A program made the translations under genes and the position numbers. Shown here one piece after another: positions 43,503 to 56,890 of a DNA stretch of 64,000 nt. The DNA is from Octopus vulgaris (lineage: Eukaryota). The stretch's first letter is position 1; the number at the start of each line of letters is the position of its first letter. The DNA is taken from contig OX597821.1 of assembly GCA_951406725.2 (NCBI GenBank), positions 95,170,001 through 95,234,000 of the forward strand, written 5' to 3'. The notes beneath the pieces were generated by a model, which worked only from the letters and a program-made list of their open reading frames with translations, was not told the DNA's origin and did no database searches.

Positions 43503-44639
43503 ATGGAAGGATTGTCCTAATGTACTGTACGAACATTTTAATCAAAATAACACGGTAAGTAAATCATCTGTACTAGATTGCTCAGCAAGTATTTGCGTAA
43601 TCCTCACCTTCGCCTAGGACAGGAAAGACCGCGTATATGCATATGTATATGAACCCGCGCAATATAACTTTGTGTATGTGTGTGTAAGCGTGTGTATGTG
43701 TGCGCGCGTGTTTTGTATTGAAAACACGATTATTTTCTAGTTGTACATGTTTGAAGTTTCTTTCTCGTGTTAATGTACGTGTTTCCGTCGACGTTTCTTG
43801 ACTTTCAGTGGCTCATTTTTAGGACGAAGTGTTACAGTACGTGTCACTACCAGTTTATAGTAAGCATACCCTCCTTTCCCTCTGTTGCTTTTGTATATAT
43901 GTAACCACATTCCTTCGATGTCGATTTAGGACATACAAATTCCGCCATTTTAGAAAGAGCCTGACACAGACCAACGCATATTTTTTCTGTCAGTCCCATA
44001 CTCTTTTCTTCCGCTTCACTTTTTCCGTAAGGTCAAAGACACATTTACTTTCCTAATTCTCACCGAGCTTCAAACTCTTTTCACTTTCACATACATACAT
44101 ACATACATACATACATACATACATACATACATACATACATACATACATACATACATACATACATACGTACGTACGTACGTATGTATGTATATGTATATAT
44201 ATCTATGCATATACATATATATGTATGTATGTATGTATGTGTATATACGTGTTCCCTTCTCTGGATCTTTCCTTCTCCTATGTTTCCGATGAGAGCGTTC
44301 AATAATACTATATTTGTTCCACGTCCTCGCGTTGTTGTGTTTTTTTGTGCTTTCTTGTTTGGATTAACTGTATATATATATATATATATAGTTAATCCAA
44401 ACAAGAAAGCACAAAAAAACACATATGTATATATATATATTAACGAGATGTACTTGCATAGCAAGTGGCTTGATCTGAGATCGTGTGCAGAAACAAAAAC
44501 AATTGCAGTGGGGAAGGTGTTTATAAGCCATTTAAAAAACACACAAAACCGTTAGATTCACTTCAACGTTTGAATTTAATTTGTGTCAAAATAGTTCCGT
44601 CGCCTTGAAACCGCGACCTGTTCGCTGAGAAAGTTGTCA

Positions 44640-45020
44640 TAGTGATACCTGCTCAGAGGCCTACGCAAAGTTGCAGAAAGTGTATGGAGAGGAGTGCATG
44701 AGCCGCAAACAAGTGTACGAGAGGTTCAAACATATCCAAGATGGTCGAAAAAATGTCGATATTGACGAACGTTCTGGGAGACCTACAATGGCATAACTGA
44801 GAAAAACATGACAAATGTGAGGGGAAATCGTCGAATCACCATCCGTGAGTTATCAGAGGATGTGCAGAATAGTTACGGTTCAGTTCATTATCACTGAAGA
44901 TTTGGGTATGAGATGCGTGTCTGCCAAGTTTGTGCTAAAACTGTTTTCAGCTAGCCAAAATGACACTCGGGTTTCAGTTGCACAAAATCTTGTGCCGAGA
45001 ACGATGAAAACTCTTTGAAA
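44640..45020 (+). pseudogene. Mariner transposase N-terminal remnant
   Basis: KVYGEECMSRKQVYERFK..DERSGRP, NRRITIRELSED and LGMRCVSAKFVLKL. An inverted copy of its 5' part follows at ~45021. Confidence 0.8.
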
Positions 45021-45306
45021 ACTTTGCGTAGGCCTCTGAGCAGATATCGCCAAGCTTTTGGCAAGATTTGGCGCAGATTCTCTGTTCAACTTCCTTTCTT
45101 GTGTAGCGTGTTTGTCAATGCGACGAACACGCTACACACTTTACTTTCAAGCATTGGTGTAAAAAGCGAATGTGAGCTACTGCGTTAGAACTTAGTACCC
45201 AAGCACAACAGAATTCAAGATCAATCTGTGCCAAGCGGCTTGATTCTGCATACTTTAGCTTCGTTACTATAGCAATAATTCGGATACTTATTGATCACAT
45301 CACGTA

Positions 45307-45700
45307 GGTACAGGAGTGGCTGTGTGGTAAGTAGCTTGCTAACCAACCACATGGTTCCGGGTTCAGTCCCACTGCGTGGCATCTTGGGCAAGTGTCTTCT
45401 GCTATAGCCCCGGGCCGACCAATGCCTTGTGAGTGGATTTGGTAGACGGAAACTGAAAGAAGCCTGTCGTATATATGTATATATATATGTGTGTGTATGT
45501 GTTTGTGTGTTTGTCTCCCCAGCATTGCTTGACAACCGATGCTGGTGTGTTTACGTCCCCGTCACTTAGCGGTTCGGCAAAAGAGACCGATAGAATAAGT
45601 ACTGGGCTTACAAAGAATAAGTCCCGGGGTCGGCTTGTTCGACTAAAGGCGGTGCTGCAGCATGGCCGCAGTCAAATGACTGAAACAAGTAAAAAGAGTA
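45307..45700 (+). mobile_element. SINE family A
   Basis: Full length. Confidence 0.9.
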
Positions 45701-46142
45701 TGCATGTAAAACAAATATCTATCAAAATTCTGACACGCTTCATTTTTCAAGGGAAATAACCCCAGCTATGAACTCAAGGGAGGTAACTCTTAATTTTTTT
45801 TTTTCTATGATGTTTAAATAATTTTATATATATTTGTCATAAATCACAAAATTGTATTTTAATACAATTTCAATCATGGAGATCTTGCGTAATTTTAAAT
45901 TGTATAACCTTAATTCTATCTTCATCGAATTAATTTGAAAACAACATTTAGAAATTTGATGTATATCTATTAGTAATTTATAATTGTTTATTTATTTGTA
46001 GAAGCTTTTTTATAAATATGTCGACTTTTTTTTTATGGAGACATATAATTCCAAGAAACCTAGATGACTTGCGAAATAGAATAACTAGTGTGATTCAGAA
46101 TACAGCTGAATATTAGGACTTCATAATAGCATCAAGTTTTTG

Positions 46143-46554
46143 GGATCTTTTCGGTTTGAACGGCAGTTTTTAACATAATTTCTGGGTAACTAAAAAATTC
46201 TAAACTTCGTATACTGGGTAGAATGTGTTTATAAAACATCTTTTTCTCTTGGCTTTATTGAGAAAATTCTATGGTTTGTAAGATATTTGTTGTTTTTTTC
46301 TTCAATTTCTGCAATTTCAACCAATCAATGACGTCCATTCAGGTAAAAAAAAACATTCTGTGCCGTCTGAATATGTCCCTCGTTTAAGAAATAGATTGGG
46401 TTTATTTACATGTGAAGAAAAAGAGATACCCTTCCCCACACCCCTAATCCTAAAACGGATTGAAATGCAATAGATCAATACTAGGGGCATAATTATGGGT
46501 GACAATTTCATATGACATCGCTAGAAAAAACTGCCGTTCAAACCGAAAAGATCC
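46143..46554. mobile_element. MITE with TIR GGATCTTTTCGGTTTGAACGGCAGTTTT
   Basis: 28-bp TIRs. Other copies at 61731 and 62547. Confidence 0.88.
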
Positions 46555-46874
46555 AGTTTTTTTTATACGTAATGACAGTGAACATGTTGAAAAATTAACA
46601 TTCTCAAAAATAAATTTGTTTAATAAATGTAATAAATAAATTCTTTCCCTTATCTTTTTTACAAGTTAATTTTAAGATACATAGAACTAAAATTTAACAA
46701 TTTTGATATAGCCCAGAAATTTTATGAAGGACATCTGTATACATATGCTCTACAACTTCCTTTAACGGTAAAGATCTAGTGAGCATCTAAAACAATGTCG
46801 TTCTATTATTTCTAACTTTCGCATAAAGTCATAGATTATGGAAGAAGGGTACATTCTCTATAAATGTCCAGATA

Positions 46875-47093
46875 CCAGGAGTGGCTGTGTGGTAAGTAGC
46901 TTGCTAACCAACCACATGGTTCCGGGTTCAGTCCCATTGCGTGGCATCTTGGGCAAGTGTCTTCTGCTATAGCCCCGGGCCGACCAATGCCTTGTGAGTG
47001 GATTTGGTAGACGGAAACTGAAAGCCTGTCGTATATATGTATATCATCATCATCATCATCATCATCATCGTTTAGCGTCCGTTTTCCATGCTA

Positions 47094-47131
<38 letters not shown>

Positions 47132-47333
47132 GTGTGTGTTTGTGTCTGTCCCCCTAGCATTGTTTGACAACCGATGCTGGTGTTTTTACGTCCCCGTCAC
47201 TTAGCGGTTCGGCAAAAAAAACCGATAGAATAAGCACTGGGTTTACAAAGAATAAGTCCCGGGGTCGATTTGCTCGACTAAAGGCGATGCTCCAGCATGG
47301 CCGCAGTCAAATGACTGAAACAAGTAAAAGAGT
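46875..47333 (+). mobile_element. SINE family A with an inserted (CAT)n-tailed fragment
   Basis: 47043-47097 is foreign to the family A consensus. Confidence 0.88.
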
Positions 47334-47974
47334 ATACCTGACTAGAATTTACTAGTATTTACAAAAATCTAAACGAAACGCTATTTGAACAAGGAAAAGG
47401 AAGGGACATAACTTTTGCAATATTTCCATGAAAATTATTTATTTACAAAAATAAAAGGTAAGAATTAAAAGAAAAAAAATAATAAATATGCACAATCTCT
47501 TAATTACTAATATTGTTAGGGAAAACTAGTGTTGTTTTTCATATTTTTGTGACACTCCAAAATACAACAGAATTGTAGGTGAGTGCGAGGCAGAAACAGC
47601 CAGGCGTCTTCTCGAGACTAATTAGACATTTCAGAGAGATAGGACACCAACGAAGTCATAACTATTTATCAACAGCCCAATATTCCAGAACGTCTGAAAA
47701 GTTGAGGGTTAAAAGATGTAATTTACCAACTTATTTCATTCAGTTACAGGTATTTTAAATCCCACTTCTAACGCAGCATTAAAATCATGTCATAAAGTAA
47801 GGCATGGGTCGCCATTGCTAGCCCCACGGACAAGTTGCGAGTCCATCTATCAGGCCTCTTCCCATCATCTCCAGACAATCCCATTGGCTAGAGAGAACAT
47901 TTTATGATTAGTTTACCTAGTTGTGCAAACAAAGGAAATCCACATTCAGTCAACAAGACACATATTGGAGAGTA

Positions 47975-48463
47975 CGGGATTCAAGCCTCCTCAAAGACAT
48001 ACAGCACCTTGAAAGAGTCCAGAAGCTGGCTACCCACATGGTTCTTGGTGTTAAGCATTTGTCTTATGAAGAAAGGCTGAAGACGCTCGACCTTTATTCT
48101 CTAGAAAAACGATGACGCTGTGGTGATCTCATTCTTGCTCACATCATAAGCGGAAAGTGTAACCTCTCGAAAGAGCTGTTCTTCACTCCTGCTCCAGAGC
48201 GTCGGCTGCAGGGTCACTCCGAAAAGCTCTATCTGCAACGATTTCATCTCATTTGAAGGAGAGGGGCTTTCTCTGTCCGGGTTGCGGATCCGTGGAATAA
48301 GCTGCCGGACGAAATTGTGAAGATGCCGACGACCGTTCGATTCAAAGTCTCCCTTGACCACAAGTGGCCTGAACTCTTTACATGAACACCACCCTGTACA
48401 TAACTCCATGTCCCCCTACATGGCCTTGCTTTTTGCTTTTTGAGCCAAAAAATTAACTAACTA
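47975..48463 (+). mobile_element. CR1-type LINE 3' fragment
   Basis: [36 protein letters not shown]. (AACT)n tail. Confidence 0.8.
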
Positions 48464-48574
48464 ACACTCCATGAAGCCAGCAGGAACTGAAGGGCAAACC
48501 ACAATGACAACCGATTTCCCCATACAGATTAGCTTCAACTGTGAGGATGGTGGTTGACAGAAAAGATCTTTCAA

Positions 48575-48785
48575 CTATAGGCACAAGGCCTGAAATTTTT
48601 GCAAGGCTGGGTTGCTGGACAAGTCAATTATAGCAACCCCACTGTTTAACTGGCACTTATTTTATCGACCCCAAAATGATGAAAGACAAAGTCAACCTCA
48701 GTGGAATTTGAACTCAGAACACAAAACCAGAAGAAAATGTTACTAAGCATTTTGTTTGGTGTGCTAGCAATTCAACCAGCTCATT
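48575..48785 (-). mobile_element. Old SINE B'
   Basis: GGCACAAGGCC...GAATTTGAACTCAG. Confidence 0.7.
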
Positions 48786-48929
48786 GTCTTTAATGTACAC
48801 AATATATTAAAAGAGGAATCAATCCTCTCAACCGGTGACTTGACTAGCTCAGCCTGCAAGAAATAGCAACCATATCTCCTCAAATTGCATCCTGCTGTTT
48901 TTAAAAAGGGAAGAAAACATTTAAGGTCT

Positions 48930-49190
48930 AAATTTAAGTTTTGGAACACTTTAGAGAATTGCTTTATCAGGACTAGTACAGTTCTCCTAGTGAATTTTTT
49001 TAAAATCTTTTCTATCACCTGTAATGTGTGATCAACTTTTGGAACCAAAAAAAAAAAAAATTAGCAGGGGCTAAATCCAGGGAGTATGGTTGCTTGGGGG
49101 ATAAGTGTCACCTCATGATTTGTCAAATCTCCAGATAAGGAACAAGGCATGAGCAGGTTTGTTCTCATGCTGCAGTATCCATTTTGTTTG
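48930..49190 (-). pseudogene. Mariner transposase C-terminal remnant
   Basis: Minus strand reads PYSLDLAPA..LVPK, resembling YSPDLAP. Confidence 0.45.
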
Positions 49191-50210
49191 TGTCTATGTT
49201 TAAGTAAAGTTAACAGTTTTTGTGTGTAATTGCTTTGGTTTCAACAAACAGTCACAGTTCAAATCATTTACCACAGAAGTATAAGTCTGAAATAGAGAAA
49301 AAAAAACTGCAGAGGAAAGGACCGCAGGAATATAGAATTAAAAAAGAAGCTCAAGAAAATGAAAAGGTCAAAGAAATTAGATTGTAAAAATGGAGAAAGA
49401 TAAAAAAAAAAAAAGATCATGAGAAAATTAAAAAAGACAGAAAAGAAAGATTCAAAAACAAAAATTTTCAGAAGTGTGAACAAATGCAATGGCAAGTACT
49501 GCATTTAATTATGATTCTTAATCATGATTATACATCTGAATAACTGTATCTGTGAACTGTACATGCAAAGCATGTTGGCAAATGTGTGGTTAGAAAATGA
49601 GTAAGTAATCATCAGGCATGTATTTCTCTAATGAAAAAGTCCATGTTCTGTAATTCAGCTAGACTTCTTTAGGCCCCATTTCAGAGTCAAAAACATTTTC
49701 TTAATAGCATTTGAGTATTCAATTGTGCTTTTCAGATAAAAGTCATTTGGAGCAAAATTTATCATGGAATGTGGGTTTTAATACTGACTTTTAAAATACA
49801 AGGACAAGTTTATCACAGAATGGTTTTGCTTCAGCCTTTACAGAATAAAGACCCACAGTTTTCACACATTATATTTTTACATGATATTCAAAAAGAAACA
49901 CAATGTTGCAACAAAAACTTTTCAAGCACTAGAATTAGAACTCATAAGAAATAAGAAATACTCCATAAAAACAATTCTTATTTCATGAAATTTGCAGTAT
50001 TCTTTAGAATGTACTTCAACTTTGGATTTTCAGGTTTATTGATTTGATGTTCCTGAGTTTAGTAAAGTGGCAATTATTATGGTCAGAGAATCTCATAGAA
50101 AATGAAACATTGTTTTGAAGGATTGTGACAAGTAACATCAAATTCATAAACAAAACTCATCATTCATATGTTTTACAATATCCCAGTATGTTACTGATAT
50201 GTATGCAAAA

Positions 50211-50446
50211 TACCTATTTCTTTACTATCCACAAGTGGCTAAACACAGAGGGGACAAACAAGGACAGACAAACGGATTAAGTCGATTACATCGACCCCAG
50301 TACGTAACTGGTACTTATTTAATCAACTCCGAAAGGATAAAAAGCAAAGTCGACCTCGACAGAATTTGAACTCAGAACGCAACGGCAGACAAAATACGGC
50401 TACGCATTTCGCCCGGCGTGCTAACGTTTCTGTCAGCTCGCTGCCT
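50211..50446 (-). mobile_element. SINE family B
   Basis: TSD TGTATGCAAAATACC. Confidence 0.88.
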
Positions 50447-51140
50447 TGTATGCAAAATACCATCTATGAATTCAATGGAATCAAAGAAATTGGGCTACAT
50501 GCATGGAAACAAAAAACACATTTAGAATTCCATATACATTGACAAAATGACATTAACAATGATACCACCAGAGCTAGAACAGTTTCGTATTCTCTCACCC
50601 GCTTTTATAGGAAATCCACGATATATGTACGAGAGAACACAGGATGTCGTGACTTATGTTCGTAACTATGACAGGAATTTTTCCACACTTTTACTTGCAA
50701 TACTAATGGAATGAAATCTCGAACTATTTCCAGGGCAACTATACACTGACAGACATGAGTTAATTAGTTAATTGATAAAGCTTTTCATATGAAAATTTCC
50801 ACATTGATAGACGTTACAATTCACACCTATTTCAACTAGTGTGTGGTCATATATGTCCAAGTGAATGGAAAAATGAATAAACAAAATAAGGGACATATAT
50901 TTTAATTTGGTTTTCGCACAGAATTCACTATAATTAGATTGGTTCTATGATATCAGCAGAATCTCCAAATGCCACCAAAGGACATTAAGAAATTGTCAAA
51001 TCAAACATTGATCATATGACTGATATGTATGACAAAAGACTGACAATTTTAATAGAATCAAAGAGATTGTGTCACATGAAAATGCATCAAAAAAGAACAA
51101 CCTCACCTCTCCCTGCATGAAGGACAATAAGTTTACAAAA

Positions 51141-51371
51141 TCCTTTAGCATTCAAATTATTCTGTCAAACTACTTGTTTCAGTCATTTGACTGCGGCCAT
51201 GCTGGAGCACCGCCTTTAGTCGAGCAAATCGACCTCAGGACTTATTCTTTGTAAGCCCAGTACTTATTCTATCGGTCTCTTTTGCCGAACCGCTAAGCGA
51301 CGGGGACGTAAACACACCAGCATCGGTTGTCAAGCAATACTAGGGGGACAAACACAGACACACAAACATAT

Positions 51372-51417
<46 letters not shown>

Positions 51418-51722
51418 TTCTTTCAGTTTCCGTCTACCAAATCCACTCACAAGGCATTGGTCGGCCCGGGGCTATAGCAGAAGACACTTGCCCAAGATGC
51501 CACGCAGTGGGACTGAACCCGGAACCATGTGGTTGGTTAGCAAGCTACTTACCACACAGCCACTCCTGCGCCTATTTATTCACATTGTTTGGAGATTTTG
51601 ATGAGCAAACTGTTGTTTAGAATGATATAGTGGGGTTGGTGTGAGAGGCCAGATCTGGTCAGTTTGAGCATAAAGCATGTAGAATATTTTAGCTAAATAT
51701 GATTGGTTTAAATGCTAAAGGA
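51141..51722. mobile_element. piggyBac-like MITE containing SINE A (51171-51572, minus strand)
   Basis: TCCTTTAGCATT...AATGCTAAAGGA|TTAA. Confidence 0.7.
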
Positions 51723-53709
51723 TTAAAGAAACAAAACAGGTGACAATAAATACCCATCAGACAAAAGATGGGCATCACAAGGTTGAGGTTTTGAAACAAA
51801 AATTGGCAATCAATAGAAAGTGCCTTATTGCCATTTTTTTTTTTTTTTTAAATCAAAACAATCTAATGCCTACATGCTATGTTGAATATTGTAACTACCG
51901 TAAAGTCTGTCAGGTACAACTCATTTTTGCCAGCTGAGCAGACTGGAGCAACATGAAATAAAATGTTTGCTAAGGAAACGACATGCCACAGGGAATCAAA
52001 CTCATTACTTTACGATCATGAGCTGCGATGTTCACTACTTTGAAACAAAACATTTCAGGTTTAAGTTACAAAACTTCAGTTGTAGTGGAGTATGAACAGC
52101 AGTGAGGCATTTTGGAAAATACTTAGATTCCCTATTCATGATTGATACCGTCCAGTGGCTGTATAGAAACTACTGCTCACCAATCCTTAGCCTTGAAGAC
52201 AGAGAAGCAATATGGAACTACAGATTTCACACAGAGGCAGTTTTAAGTAAAAGCTTTTACTGCTTCTGTATGAAATCTGTAGTTCCATATTGCTTCTCTA
52301 TCTTCGAACCATTGATGGTAATATTTGCACTTCTTATGAAAAAAAGCATATTTTACATTTATAATTACTATAGGCTGATGGTCAATCTTTGGTTGAAATG
52401 TTGATGGTTTCTGGGTTTTGCACAAGGAAGTATGTGACCACTGTTTGCAACTCTACTCTAAAAGATCCAGAGTAAATCAATATGGCTAAAGTACAGAATC
52501 AATTTTGAATCAAATTTACAGATATCAGATACAGTTGCAATGTCCTTACAGGAAAACAGAATAGAGTGATGAAATCTACAATGCAGCATTAATACCTATA
52601 AATTTTTTTTTTTCTATGAAGGGTATGCCTGTCAGGATATGTTAGTGAGAATGAACCAAAATTGGTACCAGTTTAAAAATCATTCTATAATGCTTACATT
52701 CAAGAGGGGATTTCCATTGTTTTCCAAACAGGATTTTTCTCCTAATGCTCCTGCAGGAACTGACAAAACATTTCTCATCAAGCTGTTGCTTTCCAAATTA
52801 CAACCAGTGCCATTTCAAGGCATAGACACACTGGGCAGTTACCCAGTTGCTCCACGGGTCTAAAACCCCCAATTCTGATCCATGTAATTTGTGGCTTGCT
52901 GTCAGTAAACATGTATACAGCATGGATATATATATATATATATATAGCTTGGTAAGTATACATATATACACTAACACTCTCTCCCTCTCACACACACACA
53001 CACACAAAGCAATATACTTATACTATTATGTATGCATGTATACATGTGCATATATATTGATTTGTGTATCTTCAGAGGACCCAATGCACTAACTTGCCTC
53101 CACCCCCACTGTGGTGGGGGCTATAATGAAGTTAAGACAGCCCCAAGTATGACAGAAACAACAAATAGCTTTGATTGTTGCTTCTTTCAGATATTACTGC
53201 TATACGACTTGTGAAGAGAAAACAGCCTATTCTTCTTTCAAAATGCCCGTGAATTAAGTCGACAATCATACAGCAGTTTGTAATATTAGTAGAAAAATAT
53301 CTGGAACAGGGCAAGTACTAAAGCGTTGTCATTTTGTTGTTTGGGATAAGTGTAAGATAAGCAGCAAGAAAGCTTTGGAAGCTCTAAATCAATGCTTGCA
53401 TTAATGGGTGGAGTTCTACTATGCCACCAGGATACCTTCACCAGAATTCACTCATAATTCGAAGAGGTACTAAAGCAAACAAGCCTGAATTCATCGATTT
53501 TTGGAGACAAATGACAACAATGAGCATCATAATTGACCACCCTTTTCATTGATGATTTGTCTGAAAACTTTGCTCAAAAACATTTTCATCAGTTGGAATG
53601 CTTAAACCAAGAGTAATCTCAAATTTCCAGGATCACCAACAAAACTACAAGTACTTATGTTAAATGTAGGAGTTATGATCATGCTAGTCAAAACCTTAAC
53701 CAGCCTTAA

Positions 53710-53930
53710 CCCTTTCGTTACCAACCCAGCTGAAACCGGCTGTGGCTCTGTAGTACAAATGTCTTGTTTTCATAAGTTTTGAATTAAAATCTCCCACCAA
53801 ACCTTAGTCACAATTTATGTTCCTAACACTAGCTTAATGATGGCTAAGTTATTTTACTAAATTCTTTGTTATATTTAAAATAATTGAAAGAAACACAGAG
53901 CATCTCAAAATAAATATAGTAACAAAAGGA
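53710..53930. mobile_element. piggyBac-like MITE, second family
   Basis: TTAA|CCCTTTCGTTAC ... GTAACAAAAGGA|TTAA. Confidence 0.7.
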
Positions 53931-54166
53931 TTAACTGTATAATGCCTTAACGCCCAAAATATCACAAACAACAGGAAAGATAACGAGCTATTAGATCCCA
54001 TTTCAGGAGATACACACACTTATAAATCTATAGATTCAGGTCTCTATCAAACAAAGGTTATCAACAGTTCTGTTGAATTCTTAAATTTCTTTGGAACTTC
54101 TTGGGCTTTCACCACACCAACTTCTGTTATATGGAAAAGTTACCATCATAATATTTAAAACCTTAA

Positions 54167-54386
54167 CCCTTTAGCATTCAAACTGGCCATATCCGGCCTA
54201 AATATTTTACCTCCTTTTTGTTCAAAACCAGTCAGATCCAGCCTCTTACCCTATCCTACAATATTATTCCCAAAGTAAAGAGTCACATCGCAGAAATCTC
54301 ACAGCTATGAGATAATGCATGATTAACTCAATGCAATGTGAATAAACAAGCATCACATTAGGTAGAATAATCTGAATACTAAAGGG
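54167..54386. mobile_element. piggyBac-like MITE
   Basis: TTAA|CCCTTTAGCATTCA ... TGAATACTAAAGGG|TTAA. Confidence 0.8.
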
Positions 54387-54576
54387 TTAATCAGCCTTGG
54401 ATGTATAATAATACTTGACTAGCGGCTAAAAATGTCTTCTATTATTCAGGATGATATTCTGACTCGTTGTTGCATTGAAAAGACACTATTATATCCAGTA
54501 TACTCAGGATATCATTTGACTCAAAAATACTTTGCATATACAAAAGTTTCCAGTATAATACATACTTACATACTAT

Positions 54577-54677
<101 letters not shown>

Positions 54678-54680
54678 GTT

Positions 54681-54718
<38 letters not shown>

Positions 54719-55259
54719 TATCAGCTTTGCTATGTCCATAAATAATTTACAGGGTCAATTGGGGTATCATTGCTTCCCTCATAAACATCTTTATGTTGTG
54801 TATACAAGAGTCGGATACTCATGCTATCATTCTGTTTACGTTCCTTGTTCTGGATTTATGCCAACAAGTAAATAAAGGGCCACATAAAAAAAATTCAGAG
54901 ACAAGATGCCACCTTCAATAGGAAAGCCTTCAAATGATATGTAAACATGTATACAGCATGGATATATATATATATAGGTTGGTAAGTATACATATATACA
55001 CTAACACTCTCTCCCTCTCTCACACACACACACACAAAGCAATATACTTATACTATTTTGTATGCATGTATACATGTGCATATATATTGATTTGTGTATC
55101 TTCAGAGATGAGATGGAGCCAAAAAATCGGAAGACTTCAAATGAACATGGCTAAGCCATATGTAGGTTTCTGTATGAGTAACCCCAGTTAACCCTGCAAA
55201 TATATACATATATATACATATATTTATATTGGTTGTTGCATGTATATATATATATATAT

Positions 55260-55559
55260 ATAAGAAAAAAGCAACAAGAATGGATCAATATTTCGGTACA
55301 ATTGTTTCGTACAAAGACAGCTTTATTAAGGCTACAAATATTGCAGTAAATATAAGTGACCCGTACTCATCAGCCGAAAAAACATCTGAGTTCTCCAGAT
55401 ATTACTGCTATACTTGATGTTTGGAGAACTCAGATGTTTTTTCGGCTGATGAGTACGGGTCACTTATATTTACTGCAATATTTGTAGCCTTAATAAAGCT
55501 GTCTTCGTATGAAACAATTGTACCGAAATATTGATCCATTCTTGTTGCTTTTTTCTTAT
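55260..55559. repeat. 138-bp near-perfect inverted repeat with 24-nt loop
   Basis: Arms 55260-55397 and 55422-55559, with 2 mismatches by eye. Confidence 0.95.
55440..55528 (+). ncRNA. Type-I hammerhead ribozyme motif (mirror copy on the minus strand at 55291-55379)
   Basis: tttcgg-CTGATGA-gtacg...cgtat-GAAA-caattg-TA-ccgaaa: canonical core, palindromic stem III, predicted cleavage after GUA (55522). Confidence 0.8.
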
Positions 55560-55675
55560 TTATAATCACCCCGCATTATCTTATGGTTAACACCATATAG
55601 ATTTCTGGTGCATCTAAGTTAAGTACTGCATTCATGTGAATTCAACAGAACTCACTTGAATCTTAATTGCTTTTA

Positions 55676-55716
<41 letters not shown>

Positions 55717-55882
55717 TATCTTGTTATTTTATTTAGTTATATCTCATTATATTGATTGTAATTATTGTACTGTATTAATGTCTAATCTTAATGCTTTTGT
55801 GTAGTGTTTTAATAAAGTATATGATTCGGTATTATCTGATAGTTGATGATTGATTTAGATATATTTCTCCATTTTCTTATTT

Positions 55883-55918
<36 letters not shown>

Positions 55919-56312
55919 TTGGAGAGTGTATTATATACATTTGCATATACATATTTGCATGTGTGTGTGTGTGTGTGTGTGTTAAAGTAAATAAATAACA
56001 TGCAAATTTTAATCAAAGAATGGTCCAAAATGATCAGGTTGACGACGTCCATCTGATATGACAAGAGAGTATATTCCTGGCTTAAGTTTATCAGCAGCTG
56101 CCAGGACTATTCTCAAATCAGCTTCTAAAGTCAAACCAAGATCCTGACGTAGTTTATGAATACCATCATTTAATGGGTGACTTCCACGATTCCTGTTAAA
56201 AAAAAGACAAAGATTAATATTAATAATCGTTAATGATGTCTAGTATGATTATTATTTCCAAGTATAATTACAATTATATAATTTTAATCTTTCTAGAAAA
56301 TTTTGATTAATA

Positions 56313-56728
56313 GGCGCAGGAGTGGCTGTGTGGTAAGTAGCTTGTCTACTAACCACATGGTTCCGGGTTCAGTCCCACTGCGTGGCATCTTGGGCAAGTG
56401 TTTTCTGCTATAGCCTCGGGCCGACCAAAGCCTTGTGAGTGGATTTGGTAGACGGAAACTGAAAGAAGCCTGTCGTATATATGTATATATATATATGTAT
56501 GTGTGTATGTTTGTGTATGCTTTTGTCCCTCTAACATCGCTTGACAACCGATGCTGGTGTGTTTATGTCCCCATCACTTAGCGGTTTGGCAAAAGAGACC
56601 GATAGAATAAGTACTGGGCTTACAAAAGAATAAGTCCCAGGGTCGAGTTGCTCAATTAAAAGGCAGTGCTCCAGCATGGCCGCAGTCAAATGACTGAAAA
56701 AAGTAAAAGAGTAAAAGAGTAAAGAGAG
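56313..56728 (+). mobile_element. SINE family A
   Basis: Full length. Confidence 0.9.
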
Positions 56729-56890
56729 AATATACTTCTGAATTTTTTTTTAATTCTTTTACTTGTTTCAGTCATTTGACTGCGGCCACGCTGGAGCACC
56801 ACCTTTAGTCGAACAAATCTACCCCAGGACTTATTTTTTGTAAGCCTAGTGCTTATTCTATTGGTCTCTTTTGGTGAACCGCTAAGTTAC

